DNA of 64,000 bases, taken from Schmidtea polychroa. Taxonomy: Eukaryota. Positions 50,401 to 56,577 of the stretch are shown here, one piece after another (positions within the stretch are counted from its first letter, which is position 1; every line of letters begins with the position of its first letter). The notes beneath the pieces are model-generated. The model made no database searches and was not told the DNA's origin. It saw only the letters and a program-made list of their open reading frames with translations. A program made the position numbers and the translations under genes. The stretch spans positions 71,362,001-71,426,000 of the forward strand of contig CM097888.1 of assembly GCA_044892525.1 (NCBI GenBank), given 5' to 3'.

Positions 50401-53400
50401 CAATCGCAAAAATTTTGGTAGAAGAGATATGTTGCCGATATGGAACACCAAAACAAATCTTAACCGATCAGGGAACTAATTTTATGAGTGAGATAATGAG
50501 CGAAGTAACAAATTACTTCAAAATAGCAAAACTAAGAACATCTCCATACCACCCTCAAACCAATGGGATGACGGAAAGATTTAATGGAACACTTATACAA
50601 ATGTTATCAAACTACGTCGACCGTCACCAACGAGATTGGGACGAATATATAAACCTATGTCTTATGGCATACAGAATGTCGATTCACGCATCAACGAAAA
50701 TGAGCCCATTCAAATTAATGTACGGAAGAGAGTGTAATATGCCAATGGACCTGGAATACCAACCACCGATATCGCAGTATATGGAGATCGATGATTATGT
50801 TACGAAATTCAAGGAAAGAATGCAAGAGATTTGGGAAACTGCGGGATTAAATATCAAGTTCTACCAGGAAAGTTATAAAGATTTACACGATCGAAAGAAA
50901 AACGTGAAGCAACATACGTTTCAAACAGGTGATTGGGTAATGATAGAAACCCCGGAATTAATTCCAGGAACCACAAAAAAGTTACAACGCAACGGAAAAG
51001 GACCATATGAGATCTTATTCGTAGGCGAAACTAATGTAAGAGTGAAATTGGTAAATAACCCCTTTACCAGGCCAATATACGTAAACGTGGCACGATGCAA
51101 ATCAATTCCAAAAACAGCCACTAGTCAACCAGAAGGCCGTACATTAACCACACGTTCGCAAACCTACAGAATGAACATGATGCAACAACTCGCAGAACCG
51201 ATCACTGGACGATTAGGTATCCAACCATCAGAAGCGGAAAAGATTGTAAAAGAGGTAAAAATTAAAATACCTGGATGGGCAAAAGATCGATTAGATTTCG
51301 AAATATTAGGAGGATTATTGACGATGATCGAGAACTATGCAAATAGAGAAAGGACACACCCATTATTGCGAGTAGTCAAAAGCCAATGGCCAATATTATT
51401 TACCATAACAGATCATTACGGAGACACACCATTACACAAACTCATGAAAGTAGGTAACAACGAGCAAATACTAGAAACAATAGAAGCATTTCACGACTGC
51501 AAGCGATCAACAGAACAAACAAACAACCAAGGTTACACACCATTAATGATAGCCGCAAACAGAGGCAAAACAAAAGACGTTATAACCGCATTACTCGATA
51601 CTGGATCGAAAATAACTACACAAGACCACGAGCGGAAAAACGCTCTATATCATGCTATCGAAGGGAGAAGTACCGAGGCGTTCACGTCATTGATGGAACT
51701 ACTATCATATGAGGACAATCGAGAAGTCGGAAACATGTATGATGGATTATTAACAGCGATCAAAGAGAAACTGACAACAATTACCGGAATATTAATTACA
51801 TGGAGAAATCCAATTCAAAACGATTATATGATCAACGTAAACGAAGCGTTCACGAGAGGAGAGAACACGCTGATGAGAGAAGCTATGAAAGGACATCATT
51901 TATTCGAAATCCCGAATCAATTACTAGAACGAGGGATAAAATTCACAAATCACAAAGATGAACAGTTAACAAAAAAGCGAATCGACACATTCGAAAAATC
52001 ACTATTCCAATTTACTAACCAAGTACGAAATAAATATTGGGAAACGGTAAGTGTGTTATATATGATGGACACAATGAATAACATCCGCGAGAATTACCTG
52101 GATATTATCCAAATACTTACAGCAGAGGAACGAATCAATAATCCAAACGGAAAGAAAACGAAAATAAGGTATGAGAAATCCAGGGAATCAAAGTCAACAA
52201 CGAACCAAACGGTCACAAACAACGTCATCGAAACCAAATCAATGAGTATAGATCAAGAGGCAATAATACGCAAAGCAAAAGAAGTGTTCTTTGAGGAAAT
52301 GCTAGAGCTGCCAGACGAAATAATATTGTCCAAAATAATAAAAGCCGTACACACATACGCAAGAGATCAAACCACGGGTTTAGATATCGGGAAAATCAAA
52401 ACCTTCTTGCCTCGAGCATTTACGATGGTAACAAAGGATTCCAGAACACCTCTACAACAAGCAATACTAGCTGCAAAAGAGAATAGAGCAATAACGATCA
52501 TGAGCATCCTTGGGGAGATGGGCGAGGAAACCAACACGAAAAATGAACAAGGTGAAACCGCCATGATGTATGCAGCTATAACGAAAATACACCCAAAAAC
52601 ACTCCACATCCTACATCAATCAGGATCGAAACTAGACGAAAGGTCCAATGAAGGAAATTCCACCTTGGACTGGGCAACCATACAGCCAAACTTAGAAATG
52701 ATCAGATTTATTTGCAAAAATGCGACAAAGGAAGAAGTTGAAAACATGTGCAAAGACACATCTCAGTTTCAATGGAATACGATACGGAAAAATCTAGAAG
52801 CAATGAAATTATTATTAACCTGGAGAGTACCACAAAATAATAAATATGCGATAAATGTAAACGAATTCTACGAAAACGGAGAAAATGCGATGGTAAAGAA
52901 CACCCTAACTAAGGGGGGGACGCCTAAAATTATTTTAATAGTATTAAATAGAGAAGACCTAAAATTCACGCAAAATCAGAACGAGCAACAACGAATTGGG
53001 AAACATCGTCGCATGCAATTGAGAGAGTTAGTTAAAGAATGGAATAGAAAGAGACATGCTGCAACGGGTAGAAAAGAGTTTGAATTCGAAGCAAAATTAG
53101 CAAGAAACAGAGTGCTAACAGCATATCGCAGATTATTGAACGATATAAATGTCGAGGACGACATTTTAAACGACAGCGGGGGAGATAAAAACGATGACAA
53201 TGACGGAAAAGGCCGAAAGGAGGATAAAGGGAAAAGAGAACCGGAAGAGGATAAACCGGAAAACAAGGATTTGGATACGAAAAGAGAGGGAAACAGGCCG
53301 GGAACCAAGACCAAAGAGGAGGAAAAATCGAATAATGGAAAACAGAGGGTATGCCTACCTTTCACTAACAAAGAAATAGAGACAAATATGATATTAATGA

Positions 53401-54389
53401 TAATTATGCTTACCATGATAGAGTTAGTAACAGCTCAGGGAGGGACGAGAACGATAAAAGAAACCAAAGAAGCGGAGAATCAAGATAGCAAAGAGGATGA
53501 ACTAAAGCAAGAAAAGAAAAAGCAAGCACAAGAGCAGCAGTGGGATTTAAAGGAAGAATGGGACTTAAAGGAAAGGTGCATACTAGGAAGATGCATGTCT
53601 AGAGCGTATCAGAAACTAGTACTGATAAATGAGGACACAGAACCAATAACAGAAGTAAGAATACAAGAAGCATACCGAAATCGAGACGGGAAGAGAATAA
53701 CGAACGTTAAAGGAAAAGAGGTACACCTAGGAAAAGGTGGTGAAGTAGTAATAACGCAGCTCCAACCTAGAAGAGAGCACAAAGTCTGTATTTCAAGATT
53801 AGGACCAGGTGAGAGATGCCATCAATATGTGACGCAGCAGCAGCCGCCGAAAGAATACACGGTTTGTATCTGGAGGAATGAATCAAAAAGAGAATGCCGA
53901 CGATACCCAGGGAAAAGAGGAAAGAAAAGAAAAAACCACGACGAAAAGAACGAAGGAGGAAAGCACAAGAAAACCGGCGAGGAAGCTCAGGACAACTATG
54001 TTTCGGAGGAAGAGATGGAAAAAATACAAAAGATGGCAAAGGAGGGTATGAACGAGGAAATAGCAAGAATACGGGAAATGATGAAAGGAAATGGCAAAAG
54101 AGGAAACGAGAAAGGTATAGAAGCGATATCAACATTAACGAACAAGGAGAAACCAGAGAATATAAGCGTGAAGCAGATGATGTGGATCAGTGGGATAATA
54201 ATAACAGGGGCCTTCCTAATCATAACGGGGGGAACAATAAAAATAATCAAAGATAAACGACATCGCGGAGAACTAGAGATGACCCGAATCAGAAATTTCC
54301 AACATCGAGTGAAACGACCAAGTGATATCAAACAAGAACAGTGGGTGGAGGCCTGGAACGCTCAGCGCCCTCCAAACTCACGTATATAG
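40536..54389 (+). CDS. gag-pol: Single 4617-aa Gag-Env-Pol-accessory polyprotein (frame open from 40191)
   Basis: No stop or frameshift over 13.85 kb; contains CCHC knuckles, DTG protease, YIDD RT, RNase H and HHCC/DDE integrase. Confidence 0.97.
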   Translation: MTNIVKTDEYKEKFRGEPFNGNANKLATFITNFEVYITVCGWTPEAISKRMPLFLCDSALEVYLEAKERDTKLEKWEDIKTFLKKTFGASKPINQALGELANRKQRANESITLYASELRRLAKKAMNGKLPEENLIGYFIEGLRREEVRASVGCQMCKTLEEAIDWATRCELHLPAQMNIMQEEGRIMTAIAKADNGDNNNQEPKMNQFIPGAHQIFKPPQGRSNGNNGNRNNPNNENNFNNRRNMNDNKQCRTCGKPGHWDRDCYRNSNCNRCGRRGHTENVCQLRGCFNCGQPGHISRDCRERGQQQRAPQRNNNYMANPQRQSNPSEGKQMNVMQEISQMKQMMQQMMRPRQEPAPQQTQNIRMMRSTENLNNYEVHQHVQEWQRLQAEEERIKQERNQQRQEQPLRINMMKLVKDMKSQYCYNYGKNPRVVPMTEPEKVTETTTEMKTENSTTILKGNQRIQKIFWKKIKDKIEKEHNKAKAETEDENNKSKEQTSQLNHQMLQELESEETTIFERKKLKRVPRMRNLQINMMKRTKDVASSDEEEDYVSSLGGEILQLNEISEPPKGEIKEEEGESEITSESEDEDIEMKLRKGKEEAIKQVAEILPVVVRNQEFIDVIPFRRFVQKVMKLERNEKDLIPNEEKSIIKKYMEKMKQADTTRYVIKIGTSRGLERMWIKNTVTDELFDWIREHLGSSRKKEYLYQYQGEQIKPDMHLVDALIWPGETQILKLHKEKQPANLYDWAKDAKAEYDFNIKLKLEQIKQCTLRRNLDKLIKQIQAQVEDNWDLLITRRAPAMYELMSRLRDTEMLRMSDWRTINLIHKYGRLKETQPQRLEITIWLPNEEKRRIKMSNQSTVDDLVSKINQEITEKVRSESSDGMVDDVVMMYDKIILRAEDDTSLSEMGMWDNHQIIRIVPMDEFRTRDVTYQKEIRDRMKTLYQKSTEIIKIHQQWLKEKELQGKITKLSTRSCRRTPWERVWNAETKEWEIRKGIFVETDIGETESESEEEEEEPPEYEEEVREQTSDDESETDVTSESENEARHIHAMRKKEREYADMDGEEAIEAREREEKERYKQLGDILAMGAKNQKRQVVALANIILKTSENIHNLRGMAKAIEEYRQYNEWYPEQLEQIIRKWRNQEWAQDTQERYHIRIKYPDKSIEELEVHPTTKIRELKKKLAYETPFHLQLFGKSLDDNADVGITPMRLEETNVLTMAETLGKPLKRKSKITKLTKGSLSTPSPNKAPSKSNETEEVEEIILEDSDDEPGERSPLLVRWPTGAEMWTNNQPSTSYQQPTKLNIKEIIDNTTETETDEQFQKQREPTKVTPEGQTDKIIDEWNEWLKNNDSSLPRTDNERNPNYENTREAGTMMEKRAKGRPKKQGEKSEFKTKEQLKQEQGQVRLEKLDKIVWDLKEAQPTIERGEKWIRELLKDMLIITNPQLRRLWQRKVASTEARQLWHIVSGIIPKLIKEKTKTTKTDWDETKRVIEQLTTNANDDEHHLVVITYLMYNLMGLAARKIPNKQFANHVEMTVSIIENTIEPHIIRAGGWKRLIQAPRKNEQERSMQVRLKKLLNELEWELPMKDPASRKASINSLMMTMMIWMLCTSGATGFTIYDCDNMIMRDKYSLRDIEECRQASPNKLDIVRTKVTYHVYQESDFIRTQARECVVSKKVLAYYCGQYSYSTLILPGLDKEIVSIQREDCKELFRTGALKMHNGVTIHGQTGMIKTESVYVSGKVKSSDGSCNGGTYTIRGEVISGVVVIESYTVELKEYEAQFDANNYQMKTNPACRATENVCRTGVSTIIYEANTQICRLQLLKSALFNEVKGEIYENENDEDGNDRVRMRNGKPMPPSPREKRLSTQKTPTALITDDPDLGMRFIKEKETTKCDSIVYKTNYAGIYMSRQIIDRAVGKIATEDVKLYLYANNKMDFLFHRGQTTLQKVYYDLIQNDCSLNKEILKTKLAIAITHPDNTMPSLPLPDGHFGRMVGEVMYTYQCTKTYARMPEKSILPEKRCANELEIRYKGQNRFVQPVTRIMNPVGFYPNLFNCSNAYGPLYERPDGKWMMLPGKTISEEPKKFGLIELATELDFKPIDVSNGGMYSPEDLETARLNVLFPARRESILSNMVTITGGTNYQSGPNYELLLSPDHFQQATSNMMKAMWGRFLVFGQMMAGILGIILIIQIVRVILTQMLACFDIYKREKKVNWKMIVGFLPFLAKTMVLHGHSKDIHRIKRLIKILTKIKGTDEEVGRRFRKVMYDEATRRQLKKNKPKFLDRFRSQSSNSDSDDDDNGNDKCLYPNRNPNEKPMETAPYWEKEKTNTWIANGSYIPPDIAGPQAALTMTQNMYPQLPSQPGMHYMPTRRTKSVDQADDVRTIAAMSLPGGPAVTVMIQINGKETNAMIDTGANVSAIAINQIPSKHWKDIESTTIHIIACSKETVDVVGRWWTTLRYQDNEIETYLAVIPKLSVPCIIGTDLMPELLKEVVIDLTTMCLKDKTGRICKMNVVIRCPEKIIVPAKSQMICQIKVDTGMEGEVIFEPSKSFEKRRELPLAREIITINQEGVIPLNITNFEEEDKIIYENEKLGKLTPMMDIELPKVTNEMIKDDELWTIDSMLLTNDEKKKLHRLLVEYKDIFAISDLDLGTCDVTLHAIPLIDETPIALRPYKLAEMQKEIAETEVQKMLDAKVIEPSCSPWQFPVVMVKKKDGTQRFCIDYRKLNAVTKRDTYPLPDINEMLLMLQGAAYFTSLDLKSGYWQIKVKDEDKEKTAFTLGRDLYQFRKMPFGLTNAPASFQRCMNFVTHGIKQCMVYIDDLLIYSATFEQHLEDIRNVFIRLRQWKLKLKPSKCDWAKEKVTFLGHIVSAKGKEPDPRNIEKIKTCPAPKTVTQVQEFLGLCGYYRKFIKNYAGIAKPIQELVKKDISFIWGKEQQEAFETLRDKLIEAPILVHPDFKKPFLLATDASGYAAGAILGQLDDEGKERVIGYYSRTFKKHEKNYSVTEREALAIIQAIKHFRYLLWGHEICITTDHQPLVWLGQHKEASSRLMRWAMQLQEYSPFIKFKAGRANANADCMSRFIFPDLVDSEMQRICLIVAEDLDFCQLRKDQQEDAELKQIIDYVKTGKTDVYAKDQKLKEHMDKHRHRYIIEKDWLLIMDGEKRLMCIPENRRKELLTQYHDGRLGGHMSSKKTLARMKQKYFWPTLTEDVTEWVKNCLTCATRKNTGSKWKAPLTPMPVPIEPMTMISMDVVGPLPESDKGNVYILVITDFLTKFPEAFAMPDQKAKTIAKILVEEICCRYGTPKQILTDQGTNFMSEIMSEVTNYFKIAKLRTSPYHPQTNGMTERFNGTLIQMLSNYVDRHQRDWDEYINLCLMAYRMSIHASTKMSPFKLMYGRECNMPMDLEYQPPISQYMEIDDYVTKFKERMQEIWETAGLNIKFYQESYKDLHDRKKNVKQHTFQTGDWVMIETPELIPGTTKKLQRNGKGPYEILFVGETNVRVKLVNNPFTRPIYVNVARCKSIPKTATSQPEGRTLTTRSQTYRMNMMQQLAEPITGRLGIQPSEAEKIVKEVKIKIPGWAKDRLDFEILGGLLTMIENYANRERTHPLLRVVKSQWPILFTITDHYGDTPLHKLMKVGNNEQILETIEAFHDCKRSTEQTNNQGYTPLMIAANRGKTKDVITALLDTGSKITTQDHERKNALYHAIEGRSTEAFTSLMELLSYEDNREVGNMYDGLLTAIKEKLTTITGILITWRNPIQNDYMINVNEAFTRGENTLMREAMKGHHLFEIPNQLLERGIKFTNHKDEQLTKKRIDTFEKSLFQFTNQVRNKYWETVSVLYMMDTMNNIRENYLDIIQILTAEERINNPNGKKTKIRYEKSRESKSTTNQTVTNNVIETKSMSIDQEAIIRKAKEVFFEEMLELPDEIILSKIIKAVHTYARDQTTGLDIGKIKTFLPRAFTMVTKDSRTPLQQAILAAKENRAITIMSILGEMGEETNTKNEQGETAMMYAAITKIHPKTLHILHQSGSKLDERSNEGNSTLDWATIQPNLEMIRFICKNATKEEVENMCKDTSQFQWNTIRKNLEAMKLLLTWRVPQNNKYAINVNEFYENGENAMVKNTLTKGGTPKIILIVLNREDLKFTQNQNEQQRIGKHRRMQLRELVKEWNRKRHAATGRKEFEFEAKLARNRVLTAYRRLLNDINVEDDILNDSGGDKNDDNDGKGRKEDKGKREPEEDKPENKDLDTKREGNRPGTKTKEEEKSNNGKQRVCLPFTNKEIETNMILMIIMLTMIELVTAQGGTRTIKETKEAENQDSKEDELKQEKKKQAQEQQWDLKEEWDLKERCILGRCMSRAYQKLVLINEDTEPITEVRIQEAYRNRDGKRITNVKGKEVHLGKGGEVVITQLQPRREHKVCISRLGPGERCHQYVTQQQPPKEYTVCIWRNESKRECRRYPGKRGKKRKNHDEKNEGGKHKKTGEEAQDNYVSEEEMEKIQKMAKEGMNEEIARIREMMKGNGKRGNEKGIEAISTLTNKEKPENISVKQMMWISGIIITGAFLIITGGTIKIIKDKRHRGELEMTRIRNFQHRVKRPSDIKQEQWVEAWNAQRPPNSRI
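42534..44194 (+). other. Polyprotein domains: three ubiquitin-like domains (~42534-42745, ~43053-43299, ~43998-44194)
   Basis: Patterns parallel ubiquitin's beta-grasp, e.g. IRIKYPDKSIEELEVHPTTKIRELKKKL...LQLFGKSLDD and ITIWLPNEEKRRIKMSNQSTVDDLVSKI...DTSLSEMGM. Confidence 0.65.
44757..45215 (+). other. Polyprotein domain: Bcl-2-like helical bundle
   Basis: IENTIEPHIIRAGGWKRLIQ aligns to Bcl-xL BH2 (LNDHLEPWIQENGGWDTFVE); a degenerate BH1 sits at the expected upstream spacing. Confidence 0.6.
45327..47135 (+). other. Polyprotein domain: envelope glycoprotein (signal peptide, Cys-rich ectodomain, REKR furin site at 46119-46130, TM), chuvirus-like
   Basis: Signal INSLMMTMMIWMLCTSGATG|FTIYDC; motifs YDC..YSLRDIEEC, YCGQYSY, DGSCNGG, C.L.KEILKTKLAIA, GEVMY..QC, GMYS.EDL..LFP; TM at 47049-47135. 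Confidence 0.8.
47718..47990 (+). other. Polyprotein domain: aspartic protease
   Basis: AMIDTGANVSAI (Asp codon at 47766) and IIGTDLM. Confidence 0.92.
48540..49785 (+). other. Polyprotein domains: reverse transcriptase and RNase H
   Basis: SPW.FPVVMVKKKDG..RFCIDYRKLN, LDLKSGYWQI, MPFGLTNAPASFQ, YIDD (48984); TDASG, E.EALA, TDH, NANADCMSR. Confidence 0.97.
50070..51110 (+). other. Polyprotein domain: integrase with GPY/F motif
   Basis: H..RLGGH...CLTC; MDVVGP, TDQG, TERFN (D,D35E); GKGPYEI. Confidence 0.95.
51411..52920 (+). other. Polyprotein domains: two duplicated ankyrin-repeat modules after integrase
   Basis: GDTPLH, GYTPLMIAA, KNALYHAI; RTPLQQAI, GETAMMYAA, GNSTLDWA; both modules end in TWR..N.Y.INVNE....GEN. 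Confidence 0.85.
53388..54249 (+). other. Polyprotein C-terminal module: second signal peptide, FN3-like ectodomain, TM helix
   Basis: MILMIIMLTMIELVTAQ (53388-53438); VVITQLQPRREHKVCIS resembles the FN3 L.P.T.Y motif; TM MMWISGIIITGAFLIITGGTIKII (54177-54249). Confidence 0.55.
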
Positions 54390-54549
54390 AAAGGAATATG
54401 ACTGTATATAATTGTAAAAAGTAAGTATATCTTATGTATATAACAGTACTATATCTTTATATAAGCGCGGTATCAATATTATACAATAACGGGAATCATA
54501 AAATAAAATTAAAGTTAAATAAGAGTTGAAAAGTGTATATAAATTAAGA

Positions 54550-54909
54550 ATGGATCAAGGAAATAACGAAATGAACCACAATACAGTAACTGAAGAATTA
54601 TGGAAGCAACAATGTGCCGTATTAGCACAATTAGTGTCCAATTTGCAAGAACAAGGATTGACGATGCACAGAAACCTAATCGAGAGTATGAATAGAGGAT
54701 TTAGTTATTTGAAGATAATTGAAGACCAGAGGTTGAAAATCGAACAAATGCAAAGAGAGATAGAGAGGATAACCCAATATAGCCGTAGACAGGAAATTGA
54801 ACTAAACAGAATGATGGAGGAAGCAGAACAGACAGAAATAGAAGACTGGTCGGAATGGTTAATGAATAGAGAGGAGAGCGGACACGAAGCCGACTCTTCC
54901 GAACCCTAA
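54550..54909 (+). CDS. 119-aa coiled-coil/acidic accessory protein
   Basis: First ATG at 54550 (the track starts at TTG 54526); helical E/Q/R-rich sequence; AATAAA at 54942. Confidence 0.65.
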   Translation: MDQGNNEMNHNTVTEELWKQQCAVLAQLVSNLQEQGLTMHRNLIESMNRGFSYLKIIEDQRLKIEQMQREIERITQYSRRQEIELNRMMEEAEQTEIEDWSEWLMNREESGHEADSSEP

Positions 54910-54994
54910 ACCAAACCTAGCTTAAAATGTAAATAATTGTAAATAAAATATCGAACCTGTATCGATAAGAACTATTTGTACATATAATTATAGA

Positions 54995-56383
54995 ATGGAT
55001 AAACGACAAAGAGAAGAGTTCAGAGAGATTGTCGAGCAAGTCCGAAAATCTACAACGATCAGAATACACAAACATGTTATGTGCGGAATATGTGAAAAGT
55101 TGTTAAAGGAACCTCACCAAACGCAATGTGGATGCAGAGTATGTAAAGAATGTATCAGTGAAGCAATAAAGAATAGACCACAGAGGTGCCCGGTGTGTAA
55201 AGAGACACTAATATCGAGTTTAGAAGACACTAACGAGGATAAAGCCGCAGTGAAAGACATGTTAAACACCAACCTGGGATGCAAAAATGCCCCATGCGAA
55301 TGGAAAGGAGTAATATGGAAGGTAGTACAACATATGGGAGAATGTATGTACAGAATTGGCCAGTGTGAAAGGTGCCATAAAACCATTCGAGCAAGCGAAG
55401 AAAAAGAGCATCAAAGGCAGTGTGAGGAGAGATTAGAAAGATGTGAACACTGTGGAGAAATAGATACGTGGAAAAATCTCACCCTCAAACATCACAATGT
55501 CCAAGAGGAGAGAGTATGTGCAGAGTTCAGTGGGGAATGCCCAAACGGATGTAACCAAGGGGAAATAATGAAGGTGGCACAGCATCTAAGGGAATGTGAA
55601 AAGAAAAGAATGACATGCGTACTAGGCAAATGGGGTTGTCAGAAACTACTACACCGAGGGGAGTTACCACATCATTTAGTAGAAAATGCTTCAACCCACG
55701 CAGAAATGTGGTCGACTGCGTTACAAGAAAGCGAGGAGAAAGTAAAACAAATGGAGATAGAGATAGCATCGTTGAAAGTATTAGTCAAAGAACTACTAGA
55801 AGAAAGGGAAGCGTTCGAAGAAGCCCGAGCAAACATAAAGATGCAAATAAACCGAATAGAAATCAGTAATAATCAGGCCAAGGAGCTACATCAGAAAATA
55901 CGGGAAATAAATCTAAATGAGATAACCCCAACAGCACCCTACATATGGAAGATTACGGGAGTAAAGGAAAGAATACGAAAAGCAAAAACCGGAGAAGAGA
56001 CAAGAATAACAAGTCCTGCATTCCATTCTTGGAAAAATGGGTACAAAATGAAAATGAAGATATATCCCAACGGGGACGGAACCGGATTAGACACACACTT
56101 TTCGATTTTCTTTCTGTTATGTAAAGGAGAATACGACGAAATAATAGAGTGGCCGTTCCAGGCGAAAATCGATATTGCACTAATGAATGACCGAAACATC
56201 CACGAACAAAGCTTCAAGACAACTGGAAACCAAATGTGTTACCAGAGACCTACGGAAGAAGAAGGATCAGCAACAGGAGCACCTACGTTCATCCTACAAC
56301 AAAAAGTAGAAGATATGGCAAGAAAGGGCACGGTGTATATCAAGATGACCGTAAGGAAAGAGGAGAAGGGCAGAACGGAGTAA
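54995..56383 (+). CDS. Intronless full-length TRAF-family protein (RING, TRAF zinc fingers, coiled coil, MATH domain), 462 aa
   Basis: CGIC..LLKEP.QT.CGCRVC..C..CPVC; GC.W.G....H...C; YIWKI...SPAF..GYKM..KIYPNGDG.G..TH.S.FF.L.KGEYD..I.WPF. Confidence 0.93.
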   Translation: MDKRQREEFREIVEQVRKSTTIRIHKHVMCGICEKLLKEPHQTQCGCRVCKECISEAIKNRPQRCPVCKETLISSLEDTNEDKAAVKDMLNTNLGCKNAPCEWKGVIWKVVQHMGECMYRIGQCERCHKTIRASEEKEHQRQCEERLERCEHCGEIDTWKNLTLKHHNVQEERVCAEFSGECPNGCNQGEIMKVAQHLRECEKKRMTCVLGKWGCQKLLHRGELPHHLVENASTHAEMWSTALQESEEKVKQMEIEIASLKVLVKELLEEREAFEEARANIKMQINRIEISNNQAKELHQKIREINLNEITPTAPYIWKITGVKERIRKAKTGEETRITSPAFHSWKNGYKMKMKIYPNGDGTGLDTHFSIFFLLCKGEYDEIIEWPFQAKIDIALMNDRNIHEQSFKTTGNQMCYQRPTEEEGSATGAPTFILQQKVEDMARKGTVYIKMTVRKEEKGRTE

Positions 56384-56577
56384 ACGATCGAATAATGTTG
56401 TATATAATAATCTGTATATATCGGTGTATATAACCAATAAAATATTATATAATAATAGTATGAAAAACCCTAAATACGTAAACCCAAAAATGATGCGAAA
56501 ATTTCCAAAGAAACAGCAAATAATGAATAAATTCCTTTTTCATAATAAAAAGCTTAATCGATGTCTATGATTTAGAG

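Noticed and set aside
55926-55940. PTAP late-domain motif in the TRAF ORF
   Set aside because: It sits at the first strand of the folded MATH domain in a non-Gag protein; probably chance.
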